From: an uncultured Planctomycetota bacterium
Lineage (GTDB): Bacteria; Planctomycetota; Planctomycetia; Isosphaerales; Isosphaeraceae
Reading direction: 5' to 3'
DNA length: 64,000 bases
Assembly: GCA_963823665.1 (NCBI GenBank)
Contig: CAWGMQ010000007.1
Span: 768,001-832,000, forward strand
Positions 1 through 10,603 of the stretch are shown here, piece after piece. The position numbers and the translations under genes are program-made. The stretch's first letter is position 1, and each line of letters begins with the position of its first letter. The notes beneath the pieces are model-generated. The model was given only the letters and a program-made list of their open reading frames with translations, had not been told where the DNA came from and did no database searches.

Positions 1-1
1 A

Positions 2-205
2 CTCACTGCGAATGCCTGCGAAATTCCGCGAGAGCTCCTTCCCCTGGCACTGGCTCCCTGGAAGACTCCGGATATCGCGGAGTCCGCATCCTGGCTCTCC
101 ACGGTGATTCCCAGGGAGATCGCGAAGTTCACGAACGTCATCGAAATACGACAGCGCTTCCTGCAAGAGCTTGACGCACAAGATCAACTTCCTCCGGAGC
201 TGTAA
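2..205 (+). CDS. 3' end of upstream gene, possibly DUF5691-type partner of the MoxR operon (partial)
   Basis: Open frame from the window edge to TAA at 203-205, ending ...VIEIRQRFLQELDAQDQLPPEL, 2 bp before the MoxR GTG. Family inferred from context and C-terminal resemblance only. Confidence 0.4.
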   Translation, partial: LTANACEIPRELLPLALAPWKTPDIAESASWLSTVIPREIAKFTNVIEIRQRFLQELDAQDQLPPEL

Positions 206-207
206 CC

Positions 208-1340
208 GTGGCCAAACCGCAAGACGCCCCGCCGCCGTCATCCCCGGCTCCTTCCTCATCCGGAGACAACAAGCTCCGCCTGCATGCCGAGCAGGAGTTT
301 GCCGCCGAGCTCGCGGCACTCGCGGAAGTCGACAACAAACAGCGTCCCCCGCGCTGGAATCTCTCACCCTGGGCCGTCAAGACCTACATCCTGGGCGGCA
401 AGCTCGAGAGCGGCTTCGAGATCACGCCCAAGTACATCGGCAACGAGCGGCTGATCGAGATTGCGATTGCCACGCTCGCCACGGATCGAGCGCTCCTACT
501 CTTTGGCCTGCCGGGTACTGCCAAGAGCTGGGTCAGCGAACATCTTTCTGCGGCGATCTCGGGCACGTCTTCCCTGCTCATCCAGGGAACCGCGGGAACC
601 GACGAGTCCGCAATACGCTATGGGTGGAATTACGCCCGCCTGCTCGCTGAGGGGCCGTCGCGCAACGCACTCGTGGAAAGCCCGATGCTTCGCGCTATGG
701 AAACCGGCCGGATTTGCCGCGTCGAGGAGCTCACTCGCATCTCCGGCGAAGTTCAGGACGCGCTCATCACCATCCTTTCTGAGAAAACGCTCCCTGTCCC
801 CGAGCTGAACGTGGAGGTGCAAGCGGTCAAGGGATTCAACGTCATTGCGACCGCCAACAACCGCGATAAGGGCGTCAACGAGCTTTCGAGCGCACTCTTG
901 CGTCGGTTCAACACGGTGGTCTTGCCCGTGCCGGACTCGCTCGAAGACGAAGTGACGATCGTGAACCAGCGCAGCGCCCAGCTCGGCGCGCGCTCGAATT
1001 GCCCGCGGAAAAGCCCGCCCTCGAAGAGATTCGCCGCGTGGTCACGATTCTCCGCGAGCTGCGCAGCGGCGTCACCGAAGACGGCAAGACCAAGCTCAAA
1101 TCGCCCAGCGGCACGCTTTCGCCGGCGGAGGCCATCTCGGTGGTCACCGGCGGCATGGCCATCGCGGCCTTCTACGGCGACGGCCGCCTCCGCGCCGGCG
1201 ACATTATCTCGGGCCTGATCGGAGCGGTCGTCAAAGACCCCTTGCAAGATCAATTGATCTGGCAAGAATACGTGCAGACGGTGATCAAGGAGCGCGACAA
1301 CTGGAAAGACCTCTATCGCGCGACCCGTGATTTTTCCTGA
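208..1340 (+). CDS. MoxR-type AAA+ ATPase (YehL-like), one apparent frameshift near 985-1000
   Basis: Walker A GLPGTAKS, Walker B-like RVEELTR, FNVIATANNRDKGVNELSSALLRRF. The C-terminus continues in the 999..1340 frame (ELRSGVTEDGKTKLKSPSGTLS). Confidence 0.9.
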
Positions 1341-1361
1341 ATCGGGAGAATCGACCGAGCG

Positions 1362-3654
1362 ATGGGAGTTACTGTTTTCGGTATCCGCCATCATGGCCCA
1401 GGTTGTGCGCGCAGCCTGCGCAAGGCGCTGGACGAATTGCGCCCGGACGCGATCGTGCTCGAAGGCCCGCCCGACGCTCAGGACCTCCTCTCGTGGGTAG
1501 CGCATCATGAGGTGAAGCCGCCGGTGGCCATCCTGGTCTATCCGGCTGACGAGCCCCGGCGCGGCGTCTACTTTCCCCTGGCCGTTTTTTCACCCGAATG
1601 GCAGACGCTCGCGTGGGCCGCGGCAAATGGGGTGCCAGTACGGTTCATGGACTTGCCGCAATCGCATCAGCTCGCGCTTGAGAAGACTGACGAGTCGCAA
1701 GAGCCGAAGCCGGAAGAACAAGCTGACGATCAAGTCGAGACGGAGGAGCCAAGGTCCGCCGACGCCCCCCGCTGGCGAGTCGACCCGCTCGCGATCATGG
1801 CCGAGGCCGCCGGCTACCAGGATCACGAGCTCTGGTGGGAAGACCAGATCGAGCGCCGCACCGACGCCTCACAGCTCTTCGCCGCGATCCGCGAAGCCAT
1901 GACTGCCGTCCGGGCCGAGTTTCCGGACGTGCAGCCTCGAGATGTGCTGCGCGAAGCACACATGCGCAAGACATTGCGGGCAGTGATCAAAGAGGGCTTC
2001 CAGAACGTCGCTGTGGTCTGCGGCGCCTGGCATGCACCGGTCCTTGACGCCGAGTCCCTGGCCGGTAAACGCGCCGGATGCAAGATCAAGGACGACACCG
2101 AGCGCTTGAGCGGCCTGCCGAAGCTCAAGACAACCGCGACACTCATTCCCTGGACATATTCGCGGCTCACCTATCGCAGTGGATATGGCGCCGGCGTCCA
2201 GTCACCGGGCTGGTACGCGCACATCTGGAATTCAAACGACGAGGCGCCCACGCGCTGGCTGGCGACCGCAGCCCGCCTGCTGCGCGCTAAGGACCTCGAT
2301 GCCTCCTCCGCCAGCGTGATCGAAGCTCGCCGGTTGGCCGAGGCACTGGCGGCCATGCGTGAAATTCGCTCGCCGGGGCTACCCGAGCTGGGCGAGGCGA
2401 TCCTCACCGTCTTCTGTCACGGTGAAACGGCCCCGCTGCGACTGATCCGCTCCGGTCTCGAGATCGGCGATGTGATCGGCGAGGTTCCGCACGATGCGCC
2501 CACGGTCCCGCTGGCTCAGGACCTGGCCAGACAGCAAACGTCGCTACGAATGAAGCCCAGCACTGAGATCAAGCGTCTGGACCTGGACGTGCGCAAGGAA
2601 GGCGACCTGGCCCGCAGCAGGCTTCTGCATCGCTTGGGCGTGCTCGGCATCAACTGGGGAACCCACGAGCAGAGCGGCGGCAAGGTCTCCACGTTCCACG
2701 AGCTCTGGGTGCTCGAGTGGCGGCCCGAGTTCGCCGTTGGGGTAATCGAGGCCAATATCTGGGGCAACACGGTCGAATCGGCGGCGACGGCCAAGGTCGT
2801 GAACGCCGCGGGAACAGGCACCGACCTGGCGGACGTCACGAAGTTGCTCGAGTCGTCGATCCAGGCTGGGCTCCCCGCGGCGGTTGATCCGCTGCTCGCG
2901 CGCATTCAGGAAATGGCCGCACTCGGGGCCGATGTCCGCCACTTGCTCGACGCCATCCTGCCGATGGCCAGGGTCATCCGCTACGGCGACGTCCGCGGCA
3001 CCTCCGCGGCCCACGTCGAGCCAATCCTCGAGGGAATGCTCGAACGCGCACTCGTAGGCATCGCCGCCGCATGCTCGTCGCTCGATGACGACGCAGCCGG
3101 GCGAATGGTCGAGAGCATGGGGCACGCGGCCGAGGCGCTTCAAGTCCTCAATCGCGATGACCTTCAAGAGGAATGGCGCGCTTGCCTCGAGCGGCTCATT
3201 CATAAGGGTGTTCACCCGCTGGTGGCCGGATGGTCGTGCCGTCTGCTGCTCGATGCGCGGCGTCCTGCCCGCGGAAGAACTGCACCGGCTGGCGCGGCTC
3301 GCCTTGTCGCCGGTAAACCCCCCGGCGCAATCCGCGGCCTGGGCCACCGGCCTCTTGCGCGGCAGCGGCATGGCCCTCCTCCACCAGGACGCCCTCTGGC
3401 TAGTATTCGACCGCTGGCTCTCCGAATTGAGCGCCCAGGTCTTCCTCGAAATGCTGCCGCTGGTCAGGCGCGCATTCGCCGACTTCACCGGTCCCGAGCG
3501 CCGGCAGATGGGCGAGAAGCTCAAGCATCTCGGCTCGAAGAAGGAATTCGGCCCCGTCGCGTCGCGCAGCGGGGCGGGCAGTTCGCCCGAAATTGACGCG
3601 GAGCGGGCGAGCCGGGTATTACCGATCCTCTCCCACATTTTCGGCTCGAAATGA
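1362..3654 (+). CDS. DUF5682 family protein (YehM-like), frameshift near 3260
   Basis: N-terminal FGIRHHGPGCA, VVCGAWHAP, SGYGAGVQSPGWY. The C-terminus is in the 3085..3654 frame (FLEMLPLVRRAFADF). Confidence 0.85.
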
Positions 3655-3675
3655 CTCTCAATATTGGTGTCGCCC

Positions 3676-4846
3676 ATGGCTGATCAGACTGAGGAAGAAC
3701 GCTTGCGACGCTGGCGCCTCGTGCTCGGCAAGGAGTCTCAGCAGTCGCGCACCGGCTCGGCGATTGACGAGGGCCTCGGCGTGACCCTGATGGACGATGA
3801 CGCCCAGATGGACAAGGTGCTCGAGGCACTCTACGACTCGGATCGCTCCGGTGGTCTGGGAAGCTCGTGCCCGAACGTCAATCGCTGGCTGGGTGATATC
3901 CGAACGTATTTTCCCAAGTCGGTCGTGCAGGTCATGCAAAAGGATGCTCTCGAGCGTTTGAATCTCCAGAAGATGCTGCTCGAGCCCGAAACCCTCGAGA
4001 CGATGGAAGCCGACGTTCACCTGGTGGGCACGCTGCTCTCGCTCAATAACGTGATTCCCAAGAAGACGCGCGAAACGGCGCGGCGGGTTGTGCGCAAGGT
4101 TGTGGAAGACCTGGAGCGCAGGCTGCGCAATCCCATGACCGAGGCAGTCCGCGGGGCCTTGTCGAAAGCGACCCGCACCTCGCGCCCGCGCCGGCGAGAT
4201 CGACTGGCACCGCACGATCCGCAAGAATCTGCATAATTACCTCCCCGATCGTGGCACGATGATCGTTGACCGTCTCGTTGGTTACGGCCGCAAGCGATCT
4301 TCTCTACGCGACGTCGTGCTCTGCATCGATCAGAGCGGATCCATGGCCGCTTCGATCGTCTATTCCAGCATCTTCGGGGCCGTGCTGGCTTCGCTTCGCG
4401 CCGTCACGACGCGGCTGGTTGTCTTCGATACGTCAGTCGCCGATTTGACCGATCAGCTTCACGACCCGGTCGACCTTCTGTTCGGTACGCAGTTGGGTGG
4501 AGGAACCGACATCAACCGCGCCGTGACGTACTGCCGCCAGCACATCACCCGCCCCGCGCAAACAATCTTCATTCTGATTTCAGACCTTTACGAAGGCGGC
4601 GTCGCCGAGAACCTGTTACGCCAGACCGCCGAGCTGATTGGAAGCGGCGTGACAATGATCTGCCTGCTCGCGCTGTCGGACCAGGGATCTCCCTGCTACG
4701 ACGAGAAGCTGGCATCTCAGATGACCGCGCTGGGCGCCCCGAGCTTCGCCTGCACGCCCGACCTCTTCCCGAGCCTGATGGCCGCAGCGATCAGAAAAGA
4801 CGACATCGCATCCTGGGCCGCGAGGAACGAGATCGTGACGCGCTGA
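3676..4846 (+). CDS. VWA domain protein (YehP/CoxE-like), frameshift near 4195
   Basis: ERLRRWRLVLG start; after the shift EIDWHRTIRKNL, then MIDAS DQSGSM, LGGGTDI, ISDLYEGG. Confidence 0.88.
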
Positions 4847-4849
4847 GCG

Positions 4850-7800
4850 TCATCGCGCCTTCTGCTCACGTTCGTTCCCTCTCCTCAGCAGAAACGCGCA
4901 AAGGTCCTGAATCTCCCCCTCCGTCAAGCTGTTCAGCAACCCCGCGGGCATTGGTGAAACATCCGACAGCTTCATCTCATCGATGTCCCCACGCCTCACA
5001 TCCGTGGTCGCGCCCGGGTCGAACATATCCTCGATCACGCTCAGCGTGTCGCCGTGCATGTTCCCAATCCGCCCGGTCACAACCTGGCCATCCTTCTTGG
5101 CAATCGACACCGCGGCGTACTGGTCGCTGATCACCTTGTTCGGCTCGACAATCGCGTCGAGCAGATCGCGAACGCCGAACCGGCCTCCGACAGCGGTCAA
5201 CTCGGGTCCGACACCGCCGCCTTCGCTACCAAACCGGTGGCATGCCGCGCACGCCACAGCGCCATAGAGCTTGCGGCCGCGCTCGAGATCACGCGGCTGC
5301 ACCAGCCCGCGCTCGACGACCGGCAATAACTCGGCGACCGTCCATTCCCGGACGGGCTTCCGGGCCGCCAGCAGATCGCGAGGCGACACCCTCGCAGGCT
5401 GCGCGGTCAGAATCGGCAGAAGCGCTGCCCGCTCCTGACCGCTCAGCGAATCAATCGCTCGAGCCTTGATCGTCCGTTTCGCGTTCGCGAACGTATTGCC
5501 CCCTCGGTAAGCCGCGGCCTTTGTTACAAACCAGCGGAAGTACTCCTCACGCAGCGCCTGAGTCCAGCCCGCTTTGAGAACTCGGAGCACGAGTGCATAG
5601 TGGATCTGCTCCTCCTGCGTCGTTGCCGCGCGCATGGCCGCCATGATCTTGGCTGCGGCCGTCGGCGCTTGAAGATACGCCAGGATTTCCGCGAGCAGGA
5701 AATCAGCTTCGATCGCGTGCGCGGGGAACAACTCGTCGAGCCTGGTGGCCAGCCGCCGGCACGTCTCGTCGTCCGGCCGCCCCAGGCGCAGGAGCGCCAG
5801 CGTGTAAGCGCGCAACAGATCGACGCGATCCTCCGGCGCCAGATGCGACCAGTCCATGGAGTCGAGGGCCGCCAGAATGCGCCCCGCAGCGCGGGATCAG
5901 GCGCCGGGTCGCTCGGCTTGCGATGATACTCATCACGCCCACTCACGCGCGCAGCGCCACGAGCGCGGCGATCGCCTTGCGGGGATCAGTTTCGCTGAGA
6001 GCCTTTCGCTCCCACTGCGCCGGATCCTGCCACTCTAGCGCAACGCGGGCCGCGTAGCGAATCGCCCGATCGTGGTCTGCCAGGTATGGCCACACCGCGT
6101 CCACCGCGCCTGAGTCAGCGTGTCCGTGATACGCTTCGATCTTTCGCCGCAGCTCCCGCTGCGCCCGGGCGCCGGGGTTCTCGGGCCGCGCCGGGCGAAT
6201 CTTCTTCGCCACCTACGTAGGTGACTCGATAAAGCGCCGACTGCGCCCCGCGGCCGCCCACGGCCAAGTACATCGCGCCGTCCATCGGGTTGATCACCAC
6301 GTCGGTCACCGGTAGCGGCTGGCCGCTCAGAAAGTCTTCCACCTCCGCGGTGTAGCTCGCCCCCTGGGGCTTCAAATGAACGGCTCGGAGCTTTCCGAAG
6401 CTCCAGTCGCTGATGAACAGCGCATCGCGGTACTTCTCCGGGAACTTCGCCCGGTAGCCAAACGTGATCCCGGTGGGCGATCCCGGCCCGACGTCCGCCA
6501 CCGCCCCGAAGCTGTCGATGTAATACGCCGGCCACTTGCCCGATCCGTTACGAAAGCCGAACTCGGCGCCGCTGATAATGTGGTTCACCCGCGTGGGCCG
6601 ATACCACGGCTCGCCGATATCCCACTCCATGTCCGCGTCATAAGTGAACAGCTCGCCGTCGTGGTTGAAGGCGATGTCGAACGGGTTTCGCATGCCCGCG
6701 GCGATCAGCTCCCATTCCTTACCGTCGGGGTCCGTGCGGGCGATCCAGCCCTGAGGCGCCAGCGAGTTGTCCATGAATCCGGTCGGGATGCGGGTCGCCA
6801 GGTTGTCCTCGCTCCAGTTGAGCGGAACCCGCGAGCGATCGACTTTCGTCAGCTCGGTCGAATTGCCGCAGACCACGTAGAGCGACTTGCCGTCGGGCGA
6901 AAGCACGATCGAGTGCATGCCGTGCTCGCCGCCGCCACGGATCTCGCGCAGGAGCTTGACTTCGTCGTACCGGTCGTCGCCGTTGGTATCGCGCACGCGA
7001 TAGAGCCCGTGGGTTCCCCGCTCGTTCACCATCACGTAGAGACTGTCGAAGGCGTAGAGCAGCCCGTGCGCCCCGGCGAGATTCACACCGATCGCTTCGG
7101 GCGCGATCGAGCCGCTTCGGTTGGCGTCCGGCAATGTCATGCGGTAGAGCTTGCCGCTCTGATCGGCGGCGATCAGGCGGCCTTTCGGGTCGGTGCAGAG
7201 CGCGACCCACGAGCCCTGAGTCTGCTTGGGCACCGTGTAGAGCAGGTCGAGCTTGAACCCTTTGGCGATCCGCACGTTCCCGACCGCCGACTCGGCGGCC
7301 GAGCGCAGCGACTTGATGCGGATGTCCTTGAACCGGATTGTCATCGGCTCGCCGGCGTGAAGCTGGAGCGCGAGAATGCCCGCGTCCAGCCGTTTGGCCT
7401 CGACGTCGTCGAAAACATCCACGGTCGCGACGCCGTTGATGAAGTGCTGAAGATGGTTGCCGCGTGCGATGACGACATATTCGTTCCAGTCGTCCTTCTT
7501 GATCTTCGCCTGGATCTCCTGCGAGCTTCGCGAGCCGCCCCGTGATCTCCTTCTTGCCGCTCGAGCGTCCAGGTGACCATCTGGCCGCGACTAGCCATGA
7601 TCCCGCGTCCGCCGGCGCCGCCGGCCTCGTCATAAAGAATGCCCGAGTGCTGCGAGCCGGCTTCGATGTCGGCCTGGTAACCGGCCGCGACGAAGTTGCC
7701 CCGGTTCTGGCTGCGGTACTGGATTCCGGAGTTGGCGAAGCCCTTGTCGTTGTCAGCGGTGATCCGGTAGGACAGGCGAAGCTCGAAGTCGTCGACGATC

Positions 7801-8754
7801 AGGTCCTTGCCGCCCGCTTTCGCGAACAAGAATGTATTTCCCGTGAGCGGATTCTCCTTCGTGGTCCGCCCGATGATGGCTTTGTCCTCCACCGACCAGA
7901 ATCCGGGTCGACCCTCCCAGCCCGCGAGGGTGCGGCCGTCGAAAAGCGCGTGGAAGCCCGGCTCGGGAACGAAGACATCCGGCCGGCGCCCGGCGATCAG
8001 TGCGTCCACAATCTCCTTCGCATCCTCGGGCACATCAACCCGCGTCGTCCCCAGGCCGGTGATGCTGGTCGTGATCGTTCGATCCAGCTTCAGGGTCCGG
8101 CCGAACCCCGCGGCGCGAGACCCGTTCAGCTTTACCGTGAAGCCAGCGAGCACACCATTCGTGATCCGGAAGACGACAGACCCCTTGGCATCCTCGATCG
8201 GCCCGCCACCGCGCCGCCGCCCGAACACCGGCAGCCCGCCGGCAGCCAGTAGCTCGTTCACAGTCTGCGGGCTCAGCTCTGCGGTGACCGCGTCTCCCTC
8301 GCGCGTGAACGTCACCCCTTTCCCGATGTATTCCTCCGCTTCCAGCCCAGGCGGTTTGAATTCCGTGACAAACCGCCGGTTGAACCCGAGAGCAAAGCCG
8401 GCATTCCGCGCGGTGGCTTGCTCGAGCGTCTGCCAGGCGCCTTCGAGCAACACGGCCGCCTTGCCGGCCCGCATCACGAACTCCTCGCCGCCTCCGGCGG
8501 CCGGCAGCGCGACGCGAGTGAAACCGCCCCGTTCGGTCGATCCGGTCAATGTTACTGCGCGCCCATCGCCAGGACCTGTCCCGTCAGCCATGACCGCTGG
8601 CAGTCGACCAGGCGAAGCCCGGCTGATCGGCGAGATTCCTTGCGGCCGCCAAGGCGACCGCCTTCGGATCGTCGACCCAGGCGTGCACGGAGCGTCCCAG
8701 AATGCCAATGACGACGAGCCCCGTAGCCCACGAGACAACTGACGCAATCCTCAT
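4850..8754 (-). CDS. Large secreted PVC-type protein: signal peptide, DUF1080 domain, dehydrogenase-like beta-propeller, HEAT-like region, C-terminal c-type heme domain; at least 6 apparent frameshifts
   Basis: ATG at 8754 after GAGG gives MRIASVVSWATGLVVIGILGRSVHA. DUF1080 motifs LFDGRTLAGWEG, NSGIQYRS, GYQADI, DWNEYVV. Propeller GMRNPFDIAFN..GELFTYDADMEWD. Heme motif CAACH with GPELT and SPMPAGLLN. Confidence 0.8.
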
Positions 8755-8990
8755 AGTTCACCTCTGCAAGAAGCCCGCTACGTCGGGAGGGGATCCCGAA
8801 GCAACACAGCAAACGGCGGTAGGCCACGCGGTGGGTCTCGGCATATCGCCAGCACCGGGGAGGTCTTCCACGTTAAACGCAACGAGTGATGTTCGTCCAG
8901 CGTATTGACGGCGATCACCGCTTCGATCGTGTCGTGCGCGATCGCGGGATCATTCGGCGTGCCTGGCTGCCACTCCAGGTGCGCGTCAGT

Positions 8991-9020
8991 GCAGCGGGCA
9001 CACTCCGTGTGCCGTCCGCC
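8991..9020 (+). repeat. REP-like palindrome, copy A1
   Basis: GCAGCGGGCACACTCCGTGTGCCGTCCGCC with a GGCACA/TGTGCC stem; 26/30 identical to 14571-14600. Confidence 0.65.
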
Positions 9021-9052
9021 CATCAATTTTCCACGCTGTTTGAAGCGTTTGA

Positions 9053-9663
9053 TCAGATCGTGCTCAAAGCGCTCAGACCCATCCACGCCGCCATCGCCGC
9101 CGCCTTTTCATCGGCCCGCCAGGGGCGACCAACAGCCTGGCCAAAGTCCGCGAGCCGCGCCCGAAGCGCATCCACATTCACGCCCAGCCGTGCCGCGGCA
9201 AAGTCCTCGATGCCCTTTTCGGCGAACGCCATTGAGGGCACACCGACAGCCCGCGCCGCGAGCTGCCAGACCTGCCTGAAGAGCACGCCCTCGGCCGCAT
9301 GCGCCCGAATGTGCGGATTGCCGATCGACGCAAGCTTACGGTCCGGTGCCCCGACAACTGCAACGCATGCCGGGTCGAGGCCCTGATTGCGTAGGTCGAT
9401 CAGTAGACTTTCCAGCCTGCGCGCGGCCGCAGCCGCAATGGCCCGCTCCGATTCTCTGGCAGCTACAACGGCGTCATCCCAGGAAAGGCTCATGACCGCG
9501 TGAAAAGGCTGGAAGAGTTCTGGTGTGGCGTGCGTGCCGAGAATGATCTCGTCGCGGCGCACGCGCGCACCGAGCCTTCGCTGCTCGCAACAACAACACC
9601 GATCGCCCGCCCCGTCTTGGCCCGAAGCCCGATGCACGCGATCTCGGAGCGCCGTTCGTTCAT
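9053..9663 (-). CDS. Conserved-looking hypothetical protein, frameshift near 9570
   Basis: MNERRSEIACIGLRAKTGRAIGVVVA joins the 9053..9637 frame (FQPFHA, HIRAHAAEGVLFR, GRPWRADEKAAAMAAW). Confidence 0.6.
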
Positions 9664-9896
9664 CGGTCGCACCGCCCGGTGGATAAGCTCAGCGCCCCGG
9701 CCGCCGAGCAAAGAATGGGGGGCAGCCGTGATCGCCTTGAAATAATAGCCAGATCACGACTCAGTTTGTCCCGTTCGCGGTCCGGATACCATAGCTGGCC
9801 GAAAATGGACGTTCCTGGATACAATCGCTCGATGGATACAACGACATCCAGATGACTTCGTGTCGGTGGTTGTGTGGACTGGTGAGGCTTGCAATC

Positions 9897-10154
9897 ATGA
9901 TTCGCGCCGTCGTGCAAAATGGGGTGATTCGTCCCCTTGACCCGATTCCATCCAACTGGGTGGAGGGCTATCAGGTCATCGTCGAGGATGCGAGCTCTCC
10001 TCCCGACGAAGACTTGGACGCATGGTACGCCGAGTTGCAGAAACTAGGCCCGGCGGAATATGAACCCGGCGAATGGGAGCGCGTGCAGGCGATCATGATC
10101 GAAGCCGATGAGCAAGCGAAAGCAGACGTTCGCCGGCAAATGGGTTTGCCGTGA
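9897..10154 (+). CDS. Antitoxin, AF2212/DUF104-like
   Basis: MIRAVVQNGVIRPLDP motif, acidic C-terminus, overlaps the start of the downstream PIN toxin. Confidence 0.7.
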   Translation: MIRAVVQNGVIRPLDPIPSNWVEGYQVIVEDASSPPDEDLDAWYAELQKLGPAEYEPGEWERVQAIMIEADEQAKADVRRQMGLP

Positions 10155-10558
10155 TGGCGAGGTACCTCCTCGATACGAACCACCTGAGCGCCGCGCTGGA
10201 TGCCAGGTCGGATGTTCGCGAACGGGTATATCGATCGCGCCAGGCCGGCCATCGATTCGGCACTTGCACGCCCGTCCTCTGCGAGTTGGAGACCGGGCTC
10301 TATCACACGAGCCGTCGCGATAATAACCAGCGAATCCTCGCGGTGATCCTTCGACACGTCCGCGTTTGGCCTCTGGAACCGACAATCGCTCCGCTCTATG
10401 CGGAAATCTTCCATTACCTCCGTTCCACCGGACGGGTGCTATCTCAGGTCGACATGCTTCTCGCAGCGATGTCCCGTTCGATGAACGCAACTCTGTTGAC
10501 GGCCGACCGCGACTTTGACGCATTACCTGACGTTTGTACGGAAAACTGGTTGGACTGA
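10151..10558 (+). CDS. vapC: VapC-family PIN domain toxin
   Basis: YLLDTNHLS, LCELETG, VDMLLAA, LLTADRDF: the PIN acidic motifs. Confidence 0.9.
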   Translation: MMARYLLDTNHLSAALDARSDVRERVYRSRQAGHRFGTCTPVLCELETGLYHTSRRDNNQRILAVILRHVRVWPLEPTIAPLYAEIFHYLRSTGRVLSQVDMLLAAMSRSMNATLLTADRDFDALPDVCTENWLD

Positions 10559-10603
10559 TCGTTCCCACAAGGGCCGCCCGGTGAGGAATCAGCGGGCAGG
10601 TGA

